Virus record (IMG/VR): IMGVR_UViG_3300032321_002024
Coordinates: 160,001-224,000 of that record
Length of the DNA: 64,000 bases
DNA from: a virus
Taxonomy: Duplodnaviria; Caudoviricetes
Strand: one strand, 5' to 3'
In this document: positions 56,021 to 64,000 of the stretch, in pieces
Position numbering within the stretch: the first letter of the stretch is position 1
Layout of the letters: each line of letters begins with the position of its first letter
Notes under the pieces: model-generated
Told to the model about the DNA's origin: nothing
The model's input: the letters and a program-made list of their open reading frames with translations, nothing else
Databases searched by the model: none
Made by a program: the position numbers and the translations under genes

Positions 56021-57931
56021 TTATTTTTCAATAAATTGATTTGTATCAATTTCCTCAACTCTTTCTTGATATCTTTCTAATCTCTTTCTAAGTTGATTCA
56101 TATACTTTTCTTTATCTTCATCACCGAATTTGATTTGTAATTGACCTTTTTCTTCAATTATATCTTCAATTCTTTTGATTTCAGAGTTTAATTTAGATTT
56201 AAGCATATCTCTGATTTCAAAAACAGTCAGTTCATATGTGAATTTATCAGTTAATCTTTCTTTTTCATTATCTACTTTAACTCCTAAAAGAAGGGCGTCA
56301 ACTTCAGAAAGGTATTCAATGTCTTCTAAATCTTCTGGTTTATCACCAGTAATCTTATAAGTTTGTAATTGGAATTGAATTGGAATAGGTTCATCTTTAT
56401 AATCTAAAGTAAATAATTCTCTTAAAGCCCAATCATAATCAACCCAGTTACTCCATTCTTTTGAAAGAACATCATACCAAATTTGATTTCTGTATTCACC
56501 TGCTCTAATTATATCATCATCATCTCTATGATACCAGTTTGAATCGGCTCCTAATGCTTCACCATCACTATCTATACGATTGATAACTTCAACAGCATTT
56601 TGGTCATAAATAGAGTATCCATATGCTTCTGAATATACCGCGTCATCTGTGTGAATTGGTTCATCAATCCATTCATCATAAACAATATCATCACAATCTT
56701 CTGGATACCAAGAGTCCCTATTTCTACGAGAACCTGTTTCTACATAAGTTGCATAGTCTCTATTCAAATAAGAATCTGCCCAATCAGACCAAACTGCTTG
56801 ATCATGTGGAATTCTTCTATCATGCCACTCAGACCAAACACCAGATGCAATTTCTTCATAACTACCACCTGTATCATTTAAAATATATTGACCTTCGTAA
56901 CTTTCATCTTCATCATCATCGTTGTAAAGAATTCCTTCGTTTGGATCAAATCTTCTAAAAGTATCCATATAAGGATATCTTCCGTAGTTTTTTGCTTTAA
57001 CTTGAACCTCTAATGTGGCATTTTTTTCTTCACCTTCTATTGTTACATTAGTAAATGAGTGATGATTATTAGAAGATTTGTAAATCCAACCTTTTTCTTT
57101 AGCATAATTTCTGAACTTTTCAACATCAGAATCCTTAATAGTATATTGTCTATCCATAAACCAACTGTCCTGTGCTGGATCTTTTCCATATATTTTAATT
57201 GAGCTTAACTTCCAAACTAAGGCTCTACCAATAATTTTATCATCTTCAACTAAGATAAGTAATTTACAAACATCCGGATTCTCGGTATAAATTCCAAACA
57301 ACCCGGATTTTCTAGCCATACAAGAGTTACCTAAAGTTCCAGACATTTCTTTATAGTTATCAGCATTATACCAGTGATTTATATCTTCTCCAAAAACTTC
57401 CTCAAAATACTCACCTTGTTTTGATAAAGATGCTTTAAATTTATTAGTAAATTCTTCAATATCTTTTGGTGTATATTTACCTGGAAGAAGCGCGTTTATT
57501 AACCTACCTAATTTAACATCGTTTCTTGATTTAGTTCCTAAATCATACTCCTTAAAAAGATGATTAACATCCGATTGACTAGTTTCCCCTTTTTCAATTT
57601 TATTGATTAGTGTATTTAAAACACTTTGAATATGTTCATCCGATAATTTCATAGATTTGGCCCAATCAGTAAAGGATTTTTCTACATTCTTTTTTAAGTT
57701 TCTTAAAGTAGAACCTGAGATATATCCTTCTCTATCAGAAAGAGATATAAAAGTCATATCATTTTTAACATCTTTATATTCTAAATCAATTAAGTCTTTT
57801 GCTATTTCAGATTGCTTTGATAACTTATTAAGAACATCTTTAAAATCTTTTACAAAGTAAACATAAGTTTCATTGATTAAACTTTCAAAAAGTAAATCAT
57901 TTTCAATAAAAGAATTGTATCTTAAAATCAT
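56021..57931 (-). CDS. hypothetical late protein (NSCM..GRALVW..MDRQY..YPYMDTF family)
   Basis: 636 aa; N-terminus MILRYNSFIE; TAATATATA at 57936-57944; acidic repeats. Confidence 0.65.
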   Translation of the reverse strand: MILRYNSFIENDLLFESLINETYVYFVKDFKDVLNKLSKQSEIAKDLIDLEYKDVKNDMTFISLSDREGYISGSTLRNLKKNVEKSFTDWAKSMKLSDEHIQSVLNTLINKIEKGETSQSDVNHLFKEYDLGTKSRNDVKLGRLINALLPGKYTPKDIEEFTNKFKASLSKQGEYFEEVFGEDINHWYNADNYKEMSGTLGNSCMARKSGLFGIYTENPDVCKLLILVEDDKIIGRALVWKLSSIKIYGKDPAQDSWFMDRQYTIKDSDVEKFRNYAKEKGWIYKSSNNHHSFTNVTIEGEEKNATLEVQVKAKNYGRYPYMDTFRRFDPNEGILYNDDDEDESYEGQYILNDTGGSYEEIASGVWSEWHDRRIPHDQAVWSDWADSYLNRDYATYVETGSRRNRDSWYPEDCDDIVYDEWIDEPIHTDDAVYSEAYGYSIYDQNAVEVINRIDSDGEALGADSNWYHRDDDDIIRAGEYRNQIWYDVLSKEWSNWVDYDWALRELFTLDYKDEPIPIQFQLQTYKITGDKPEDLEDIEYLSEVDALLLGVKVDNEKERLTDKFTYELTVFEIRDMLKSKLNSEIKRIEDIIEEKGQLQIKFGDEDKEKYMNQLRKRLERYQERVEEIDTNQFIEK

Positions 57932-57983
57932 AATTTATATATTAAATTTCTTTACTTAAATTTATTTTATATATATTTGTATT

Positions 57984-58460
57984 ATGAATTTAAAAGAGCC
58001 TTTTGTTATGTTACTTGTTGGACCTACTTTATCCGGCAAGTCCACTTGGATAAGAAATAATTATCCTACTATAAATGTTATCTCTAGAGACGAAATAGTA
58101 ATGGAGGTTGCTGGAACCAGAGATTACAATAAGGCATTTGAAACAGTCGACCAAAAATTAGTTGATAGAGTTTTAGCAGAAAGACTAACTGATGCTAATT
58201 TAACTAAAACATCTACTATTGTTGATATGACAAATATGACAGTAAAAAGAAGATCTCAAACTTTGAGATATTTTGATGATAATTTTTATAAAATCGCTGT
58301 TGTTTTTCCTATACTTTCTGATGAGCAGTATCAAATGAGAAATATTGATAGAAATTCAAAAGAAAATAAATGGATACCACCATCGGTAATAAAATCAATG
58401 ATAGATTCTTATCAAGAGCCTACATCCGATGAAGGATTTAGTAAAATTATTTTGTTGTAA
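57984..58460 (+). CDS. AAA_33 / polynucleotide-kinase-like P-loop kinase
   Basis: VGPTLSGKSTW, ISRD, VDMTN..R, P..DEGF. Confidence 0.82.
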   Translation: MNLKEPFVMLLVGPTLSGKSTWIRNNYPTINVISRDEIVMEVAGTRDYNKAFETVDQKLVDRVLAERLTDANLTKTSTIVDMTNMTVKRRSQTLRYFDDNFYKIAVVFPILSDEQYQMRNIDRNSKENKWIPPSVIKSMIDSYQEPTSDEGFSKIILL

Positions 58461-58525
58461 AAACCCCTCAAATTTTTGTAAAATTGAATATTTATACTAT
58501 CTTTGTATAAATAATAAGGATATAT

Positions 58526-58876
58526 ATGATTTCTACTGAGCACGTAATTGATTTTGATAACTTAGTTTTAACAAGCAAAGAGGTATTCGAAGATTGGGAA
58601 TATCTTATTGTTGAAAACGATGGTTCTTACTCAGAAGAAGACCAGTATTTATACTTTGATTTCAAAGGAATTGAAGTTTGTATTGGATTTGAACTGACTA
58701 TTAAAGGTTGGCATTGGTATCGACCTTCATCATATATGGAACCAGAAGATGGTGAAACTCATATCACAGATGTTGATATTGATGTAAATTATCTATTGGT
58801 TGCTGATGAAGAGGTAGTCATTGATAAAGATCTTAAAAAGACTTTATCAGATGTGGTAAAAAAATATTTAGATTAG
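58526..58876 (+). CDS. hypothetical protein
   Basis: After promoter TTTG(58475)-TATCTTTG(58498). Confidence 0.6.
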   Translation: MISTEHVIDFDNLVLTSKEVFEDWEYLIVENDGSYSEEDQYLYFDFKGIEVCIGFELTIKGWHWYRPSSYMEPEDGETHITDVDIDVNYLLVADEEVVIDKDLKKTLSDVVKKYLD

Positions 58877-58877
58877 T

Positions 58878-59192
58878 ATGAATAAAGTTTACTTTGACAA
58901 AGAAAAAAAGACTTGGTTTGTAAATGAGCCAGAAGACTTCTACTCTTTTAAGAGTGTTAATTGTGAAACTAACGAGGAACAAAATCAAATTATTTCCTGG
59001 ACGCGAGGTTTTGATTTAAAAGACTATCCATATCACGTAAGAATGTATGATGTTGAAATAAAAGGAGTAAAATACTTTTTTTTAATGAAACCAAATGGTG
59101 TTCATTATCTTATTGAATCAGAGGATCCAACAGCCTTAGAAAGACTAATCAATAATGAAAAAATATTTTTTGTTGGATATACTCTTAGTTGA
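58878..59192 (+). CDS. hypothetical protein
   Basis: 104 aa ORF. Confidence 0.6.
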   Translation: MNKVYFDKEKKTWFVNEPEDFYSFKSVNCETNEEQNQIISWTRGFDLKDYPYHVRMYDVEIKGVKYFFLMKPNGVHYLIESEDPTALERLINNEKIFFVGYTLS

Positions 59193-59217
59193 TTTTAGTT
59201 TTTAATATATACCCTTA

Positions 59218-60087
59218 ATGAAAATAAGAAAATTAGGGGATTGGAAACCACGGGTTTTAGTTTTTCAGGGCTCACCAAGAGACCCTGAGACTTGTTCTGG
59301 TATGGAGTCTAAGACTCATAAAGTAGTTGATTATATCATAAAAAAATGGTCACCTTTTATCAACTTTCAAGTTATAGATTTGGCTGTTAATCAATCAAAA
59401 AGACCTATTATTCAACCATGTAAGGGATGTGTCTCTACATCTGGTGGATTCCATTGTCATTTCTCATGTTCTTGTTATTTCAAAGGTGATTCTGAAAAAC
59501 CAGATTTGTTAAAAGAAGAAGGAGTTTATCAACTCTTAAAAGAATGTGATGCTTTTATTATTGTTTCACCAATTCACTGGCATGCTTTGACTTCACAAAT
59601 CAAATTACTTTTTGATAGACTTGTTTGTGTTAATCAAACACTCACAATAGATGATGCTAAAAATTTAATGGGAGCTGACAATATAAAAAATGCGGAAATT
59701 ACAGGTAAATTTGGCCGTTCAGGAGATTATAATCACTTATTTAGAAATCATTTAGAAGGAAAAGTTGCGGCTTTTTATGTTCATGGTGACGACGGGGCTA
59801 ATGATTATTCCGGCACAGAACTTCCACCATCATATGCTGATGTTTTAGATGATGGTTTCGGTCACAATCCAAAAAGTGTAGTAATGCCTTATGTTATGCA
59901 ATTAAAATACTCTGGAATATTTGTTCCAGATGAATTAATAGAAGCATTCTATGTTAATAGAGGAATAGACTATAACACAGCAAATAAAACATTCAAAAAA
60001 ACTAAAGAATTTTTTGAAAGAGCTGATAATCTTTTAGAGAATTTATTAACTTATTTAGAAGAGAACGTTTATACAACAGAAATTTAG
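59218..60087 (+). CDS. flavodoxin-fold NADPH-dependent FMN reductase / iron-sulfur flavoprotein
   Basis: GSPR, PCKGC..CHFSCSC, SPIHW..KLLFDRL. Confidence 0.82.
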   Translation: MKIRKLGDWKPRVLVFQGSPRDPETCSGMESKTHKVVDYIIKKWSPFINFQVIDLAVNQSKRPIIQPCKGCVSTSGGFHCHFSCSCYFKGDSEKPDLLKEEGVYQLLKECDAFIIVSPIHWHALTSQIKLLFDRLVCVNQTLTIDDAKNLMGADNIKNAEITGKFGRSGDYNHLFRNHLEGKVAAFYVHGDDGANDYSGTELPPSYADVLDDGFGHNPKSVVMPYVMQLKYSGIFVPDELIEAFYVNRGIDYNTANKTFKKTKEFFERADNLLENLLTYLEENVYTTEI

Positions 60088-60112
60088 ACTTATTAGAAAT
60101 AATATATAACCT

Positions 60113-60619
60113 ATGAAAATTAGAAGATTTACTGAAGAAGCTGGATTTGACGATGAAGAAATGAAATCTCAGTATGAGATTCCTAACCTAATGGGTGAGT
60201 TCGAACCCGATAGTCCTACTTTAAGACCTTTTTATAGACACTCTAATAAAATCAATACTGAGAGTGAGTTAAAAAAACTTATTTATAGATTTCCTATTAT
60301 TGAAAGATTTAAAAAAGATTATAAAAGATTTGAAGGTTCACTTTTAACTTCATTCTATGCAACTTCTAAAGAACCAATAGATGATGCTGAGTTTTATGCT
60401 CAATTATCTTTTGCTTATCACGATGAACAATATTATATTGGAACTGTATTAAGAAATATAGAAGACCATGAAAATGAAGATGAGTGGGTCAGACATACTT
60501 TTTTCTTTGATACTTTAGATGAAACATTCAAAATTGCAGAAGCATTTGTTCAAGTCTGTAAAAAGTTAAATATCATTGATAGTAGTGACTTACTACCTTT
60601 TACTCCTAAATTAAATTAA
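60113..60619 (+). CDS. hypothetical protein, putative head-packaged protein
   Basis: N-terminus MKIRRFTEE; TAATATATA 4 nt upstream. Confidence 0.6.
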   Translation: MKIRRFTEEAGFDDEEMKSQYEIPNLMGEFEPDSPTLRPFYRHSNKINTESELKKLIYRFPIIERFKKDYKRFEGSLLTSFYATSKEPIDDAEFYAQLSFAYHDEQYYIGTVLRNIEDHENEDEWVRHTFFFDTLDETFKIAEAFVQVCKKLNIIDSSDLLPFTPKLN

Positions 60620-60686
60620 TTTTAATTTTTTTCACTAAAAATTTGGCAGAACCACATTCTTGACTTATCTTTGTATTCACAAACAT

Positions 60687-60774
60687 GGGGAAGTTCCAGA
60701 GCGGCAAATGGAGTTACGTTGTAACGTGACTGGTCTCAAATGATCTTCGTAGGTTCGAGTCCTAACCTTTCCCA
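60687..60774 (+). tRNA. degenerate tRNA-Tyr-like
   Basis: Tyr-type D arm and long variable arm; irregular anticodon loop around TTGTAA; own promoter at 60642-60673. Confidence 0.55.
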
Positions 60775-60791
60775 CAAAAAAATAAAAAAGA

Positions 60792-60909
60792 TTTGGTAGA
60801 TTAAAATATTCTTCTTATCTTTGTAAAACAAATCAGAAACGTCTGATATAAGTTAAACAAAAAATCTTTACATAAGATTTGGTAGATTGAAAAACTTTAC
60901 TTATCTTTG
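60792..60909 (+). promoter_or_regulatory. tandem Bacteroidota-type promoters (direct repeat)
   Basis: Two copies of AAGATTTGGTAGATT-N-CTTATCTTTGTAAAACAAA at 60792-60823 and 60878-60909. Confidence 0.75.
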
Positions 60910-60945
60910 TAAAACAAAATTGAAATAAAGAGTATAAAAATATAT

Positions 60946-61018
60946 CGCGGGGTAGAGCAGTTGGAAGCTCGCAAGGCTCATAACCTTGAGGTCACTGGTT
61001 CGAGTCCAGTCTCCGCTA
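60946..61018 (+). tRNA. tRNA-Met(CAT), initiator-like
   Basis: CAAGG-CTCATAA-CCTTG; C1:T72 mismatch. Confidence 0.9.
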
Positions 61019-61025
61019 CAAAAGA

Positions 61026-61055
61026 GTTCTCAACGGAGAACAACGTTCTTTGAAA
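61026..61055 (+). promoter_or_regulatory. boxB-like hairpin plus boxA-like antitermination site
   Basis: GTTCTC-AACG-GAGAAC hairpin followed by GTTCTTTGAAA. Confidence 0.55.
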
Positions 61056-61059
61056 TATT

Positions 61060-61897
61060 GTCTTTAACAGTCGGTTTCGGCTGACTGTGAAAAGAAGGGC
61101 GGCTTATAGTCCTTAAAATAAACTTCGAAAGGAGGATAAAGTGAATCCAAAGCAAAATGGATTTGCGTCTTGAAAGTTCTTCGGAACAATTGAGGTCGAG
61201 TAAGCAAGTGGGATACCACAAATTCTGAGTAGTCGAGGGTAACACTGTAGACCAAATGAGTTTGTGACCAGGCAATTGTAGATTGTTTGGTTGACCTCGG
61301 AAGAGGAATAGGAATAACCCATAGGTCTGTTGCGAGAAGTGTTGACTCACCGGTCTTCATCATTGCGGAGTCCAACTTAAGAGGTGTCTTAAAGTTGAAA
61401 GACAATCAAGTGTACGGGTGGTGCTGTTACTTGACACTCTACTCTCTACCAGGAGAGTTGTTGTGAAGATATCTTAAAAAGTTGTGATGGAGGCATCACA
61501 CGGAGTTGTCCAGTATTCCTGAGTTCAAAAGATTTGGGAGCTGAAAGGTAACCACAACTTCGACAAAATCTACAAAGCACTACAATTTAAATGTAAAAAC
61601 TTAAATCGAAAGTGTTACCTAGTTACTGGTGAAAGGTACCTACTTAGTCGTGAGTGTTCACGGCCACTGAAGCTCGAAAGGCTGATGTGATTTCATCGAA
61701 AAGCTTATAGAGGGTCGAACCTCGAGTCAGCTCGCAAGGTTGAGTAAGTGGATTAAATGGAGAGTAATTAGTAACTTAAGGAGTGGTTAGTCTAACTAAC
61801 CGGTATTGGCAGAATACTTCTCAAAAGGGAGTGGATAAGAAGGGAAACCATAATCTAACAAAAGTTCTGTCGTAATAAGGTGTAATCTCAACCTTTT
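61060..61897 (+). ncRNA. large structured ncRNA, GOLLD-like (boundaries approximate)
   Basis: About 840 nt, GC-enriched, no plausible + strand ORF, many hairpins (GNRA-type loops), located within a tRNA cluster; family inferred from size and context only. Confidence 0.6.
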
Positions 61898-62038
61898 CTG
61901 GTCGGTTCATTGGAACCATTGAGAGCAAGACTCAAACCGACCACGAAGTTTTCGTAGTGGTTAACTTTTCCCTTTAATTAGGGGGTCTACTGAAATGAGT
62001 AAGTAGGGTGGGTACCAAACCCCATACTAAAAAAACTT

Positions 62039-62143
62039 GGCCCGTTCGTCTAGTGGACTCTTAAAAGAGATACAGAAATTTGTGAACGTAGAGGACGCCT
62101 AACTTTTCATTAGGATACAGAGGTTCGAATCCTCTACGGGCTG
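62039..62143 (+). tRNA. atypical Glu-like tRNA with ~35-nt D-loop insertion
   Basis: GGCCCGT/ACGGGCT acceptor, GTCT..GGAC D stem, CCTAA-CTTTTCA-TTAGG arm. Confidence 0.55.
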
Positions 62144-62158
62144 CAACAATCGAATAAT

Positions 62159-62189
62159 AAAAAACCTATCAAATTTGGTAGGTTTTTTT
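62159..62189 (+). terminator. intrinsic terminator-like hairpin
   Basis: AAAAAACCTATC-AAATTT-GGTAGGTTTTTTT. Confidence 0.7.
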
Positions 62190-62191
62190 AT

Positions 62192-62265
62192 GGTCTTTTA
62201 ACTCAGTTGGTTAGAGTATCTCGCTCATAACGAGAGAGTCGTAGGTTCGAGTCCTACAAGGACCA
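62192..62265 (+). tRNA. tRNA-Met/Ile2(CAT)
   Basis: TCTCG-CTCATAA-CGAGA; elongator-type body. Confidence 0.88.
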
Positions 62266-62292
62266 CTATTAATGAATTAAATAGTAGGTAAA

Positions 62293-62802
62293 ATGAATAT
62301 TGAAATTGAAAGAAAATACCTTTTAAAGGCAATACCAAAAGGAGAACCAATTGAAACCATTGAGATATTTCAATGGTATTTGAAGAATTCAGAAGGCATC
62401 TGGGAAAGAGCTCGTTCTTGTTACTCTGATGTAAAGGGATTCTATTTTGTTCATACAATCAAAAAAAATATAGCACCTGGTATAAACGAAGAAGATGAAA
62501 AAACAATCTCTTCAGAAGATTTTAATCAGTTTGTTGAGCGGTGTAAAATATCTCAATCAAAATATATTTCTAAAGAAAGACTAATTTACCCAGATGGTGA
62601 TTTAAAATGGGAAGTTGATGTTTTCAATAATGGACATCATCTTATTGTTGCTGAAATTGAAGTTCCGTCTATGGAATATGAAGTAAAAATTCCTAAATTT
62701 ATTAATGATAGGTTACTTATGGAAGTTACCGGAATGAAACAATTTGGTAATAGAAATTTATCAAATAAATATGTTAACAAAAATCAAACATTTAATACTT
62801 GA
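62293..62802 (+). CDS. CYTH-domain protein
   Basis: EIERKYL, ISKER, WEVDVF, VAEIE. Confidence 0.88.
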   Translation: MNIEIERKYLLKAIPKGEPIETIEIFQWYLKNSEGIWERARSCYSDVKGFYFVHTIKKNIAPGINEEDEKTISSEDFNQFVERCKISQSKYISKERLIYPDGDLKWEVDVFNNGHHLIVAEIEVPSMEYEVKIPKFINDRLLMEVTGMKQFGNRNLSNKYVNKNQTFNT

Positions 62803-62816
62803 GTAATATAATTTCT

Positions 62817-63407
62817 ATGAAACAGAAATTAGAACTCAGAATGTATGGTCTTGTTCCATACAACATTTCACCAATACAACAAGCAATTCAATACGGACAT
62901 GCCGTAGTTGAATATGGTCAGATGGTTAAAATGCCTCAATCATTAAGTAAAATGAATATTAATGCTAGTTGTGTCTATGATGATTGGGCTGATAACTGGA
63001 AAACATTTATTATCTTAAATGGTGGCACTACAAATCATAGAAGTGGTGATGATGGATTACCTTTCGGATCACTTAATAATCATGTTTTAACATTAGATGA
63101 AAATAGAATTGATTTTGCAACTTTTAATGAACCAGACTTGGGTGACCAATTAACCGCTGTTGTGTTTATTGTTGATGAGCGTGTTTTTAATCGTAAAAAA
63201 TATCCTGACTTTGAAGATTGGGTTATTGAAAACTATGGTGAATTGATTCGTTCTGATTATTATACAACTTCATATATGTTGGCTCAAAAGATAAAAACAT
63301 CCGAAAGTAAAAGTGATAAAAAAGTTTACGAAGAATGGATTAAATTTGTCGGTGGTAATAAGAATGTCTTTTTAAGAGACTTTCTAAAAAACTTTAAATT
63401 AGCCTAA
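62817..63407 (+). CDS. peptidyl-tRNA hydrolase 2-like protein
   Basis: AIQYGHA, KTFIILNG, FNEPDLGDQLTAV; ATG 62817 preferred. Confidence 0.65.
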   Translation: MKQKLELRMYGLVPYNISPIQQAIQYGHAVVEYGQMVKMPQSLSKMNINASCVYDDWADNWKTFIILNGGTTNHRSGDDGLPFGSLNNHVLTLDENRIDFATFNEPDLGDQLTAVVFIVDERVFNRKKYPDFEDWVIENYGELIRSDYYTTSYMLAQKIKTSESKSDKKVYEEWIKFVGGNKNVFLRDFLKNFKLA

Positions 63408-63821
63408 ATGAGGTGGTTTAAAATAGGTGATGATAGTTTTACTGCTAGAGATTTAAGTATTCAATATTCAATTGATACTGCTAATAATACTTTTGGATAT
63501 GCCAAAATGGTTCAAAGTAATGGGCAAACAATTGATATAACTATATCTGTTGATTATAATCAAAATAACAAAGATTACTTTTTTAATCTCTTTGATAAAA
63601 GAAATCAGATGTTGTCTGCTTCTGAGTATAAATTTTCAATATCATCTACTGGATTTTTAGCACACGGTTGTATTATCAGATCAATCACTACAGATCCAAC
63701 TACAAAATTAATTGTTATGGAGATTATTAGTGATTATTCAATTGTCAAACCCTTTGATGAAAGAAGAGATGAAATTATTGATGAAATACTAAATGAAACT
63801 TATAAAAATAATAACATATAA
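63408..63821 (+). CDS. hypothetical protein with C-terminal RDEIIDEIL motif
   Basis: 137 aa ORF. Confidence 0.6.
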   Translation: MRWFKIGDDSFTARDLSIQYSIDTANNTFGYAKMVQSNGQTIDITISVDYNQNNKDYFFNLFDKRNQMLSASEYKFSISSTGFLAHGCIIRSITTDPTTKLIVMEIISDYSIVKPFDERRDEIIDEILNETYKNNNI

Positions 63822-63844
63822 TAAAAAGATAAAAATAACACTTT

Positions 63845-64000
63845 ATGATGAATAAAAAAACAAACAAATTAGAGGGTAAAGACTATGTGAGTCCAGACAT
63901 CAAAATGGCATTGGAAGATGATGATGATGATGATAAGTTTGGATCTTCTTCTAAAAAGAGCGAGGGTAAATCAAGAACTCCTGTTTTAGATACTTACAGT
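63845..64000 (+). CDS. Clp ATPase (ClpB/C-like), N-terminal fragment
   Basis: Manual translation ends KSRTPVLDTYS, matching the S.TP.LD.(F/Y).RDLT lead-in to the first AAA domain. Confidence 0.6.
   Translation, partial: MMNKKTNKLEGKDYVSPDIKMALEDDDDDDKFGSSSKKSEGKSRTPVLDTYS

Noticed and set aside
60788-60920. Direct repeats as a CRISPR array
   Set aside because: Only two adjacent copies, explained by the Bacteroidota promoter consensus; no cas genes
61030-61405. Three overlapping minus-strand ORFs
   Set aside because: Shadow ORFs of the GC-richer ncRNA; the promoters point the other way
61060-61897. rRNA fragment or group I intron
   Set aside because: No recognizable 16S/23S conserved blocks and no interrupted host gene
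62159-62265. A sixth attenuator before tRNA(CAT)
   Set aside because: Terminator is present, but no leader ORF or antiterminator complement was found upstream

Overview
AT-rich segment of a large (jumbo-type, T4-like features) bacteriophage genome read in standard code 11. The host is most likely Bacteroidota, based on TTTG-N19/20-TAnnTTTG promoters and T9SS-cargo genes. The window holds replication and repair genes (primase-like TOPRIM, NAD ligase), translation-takeover and rescue genes (S1, L7/L12-like domain, SmpB, Pth2-like, YqeY, ClpP, Clp ATPase, nucleotidyltransferase), an ECF sigma factor, virion genes, a GC-richer T9SS adhesin cassette, an HNH endonuclease, about 27 canonical plus 5 atypical tRNA genes covering all 20 amino acids, and a ~840-nt GOLLD-like RNA. 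Main discovery: five tRNA operons each follow an unannotated 23-37 aa leader ORF, an antiterminator segment and an intrinsic terminator. The proximal codons of each leader match the tRNAs downstream (RHKFSW; YE; I[ATA]AG; TNMLVICR[AGA]; QPD). This looks like ribosome-mediated attenuation that turns on phage tRNA transcription when those tRNAs become limiting. Other signals: a shared RNA module found as a 57-nt tRNA insert and in permuted form around another tRNA core, A54/U58-inverted T-loops, T4-CTS-like N-termini on late-promoter genes, and a recurrent R-x-x-K-L-x-x-L-L motif. All product calls come from motif recognition, not database searches.
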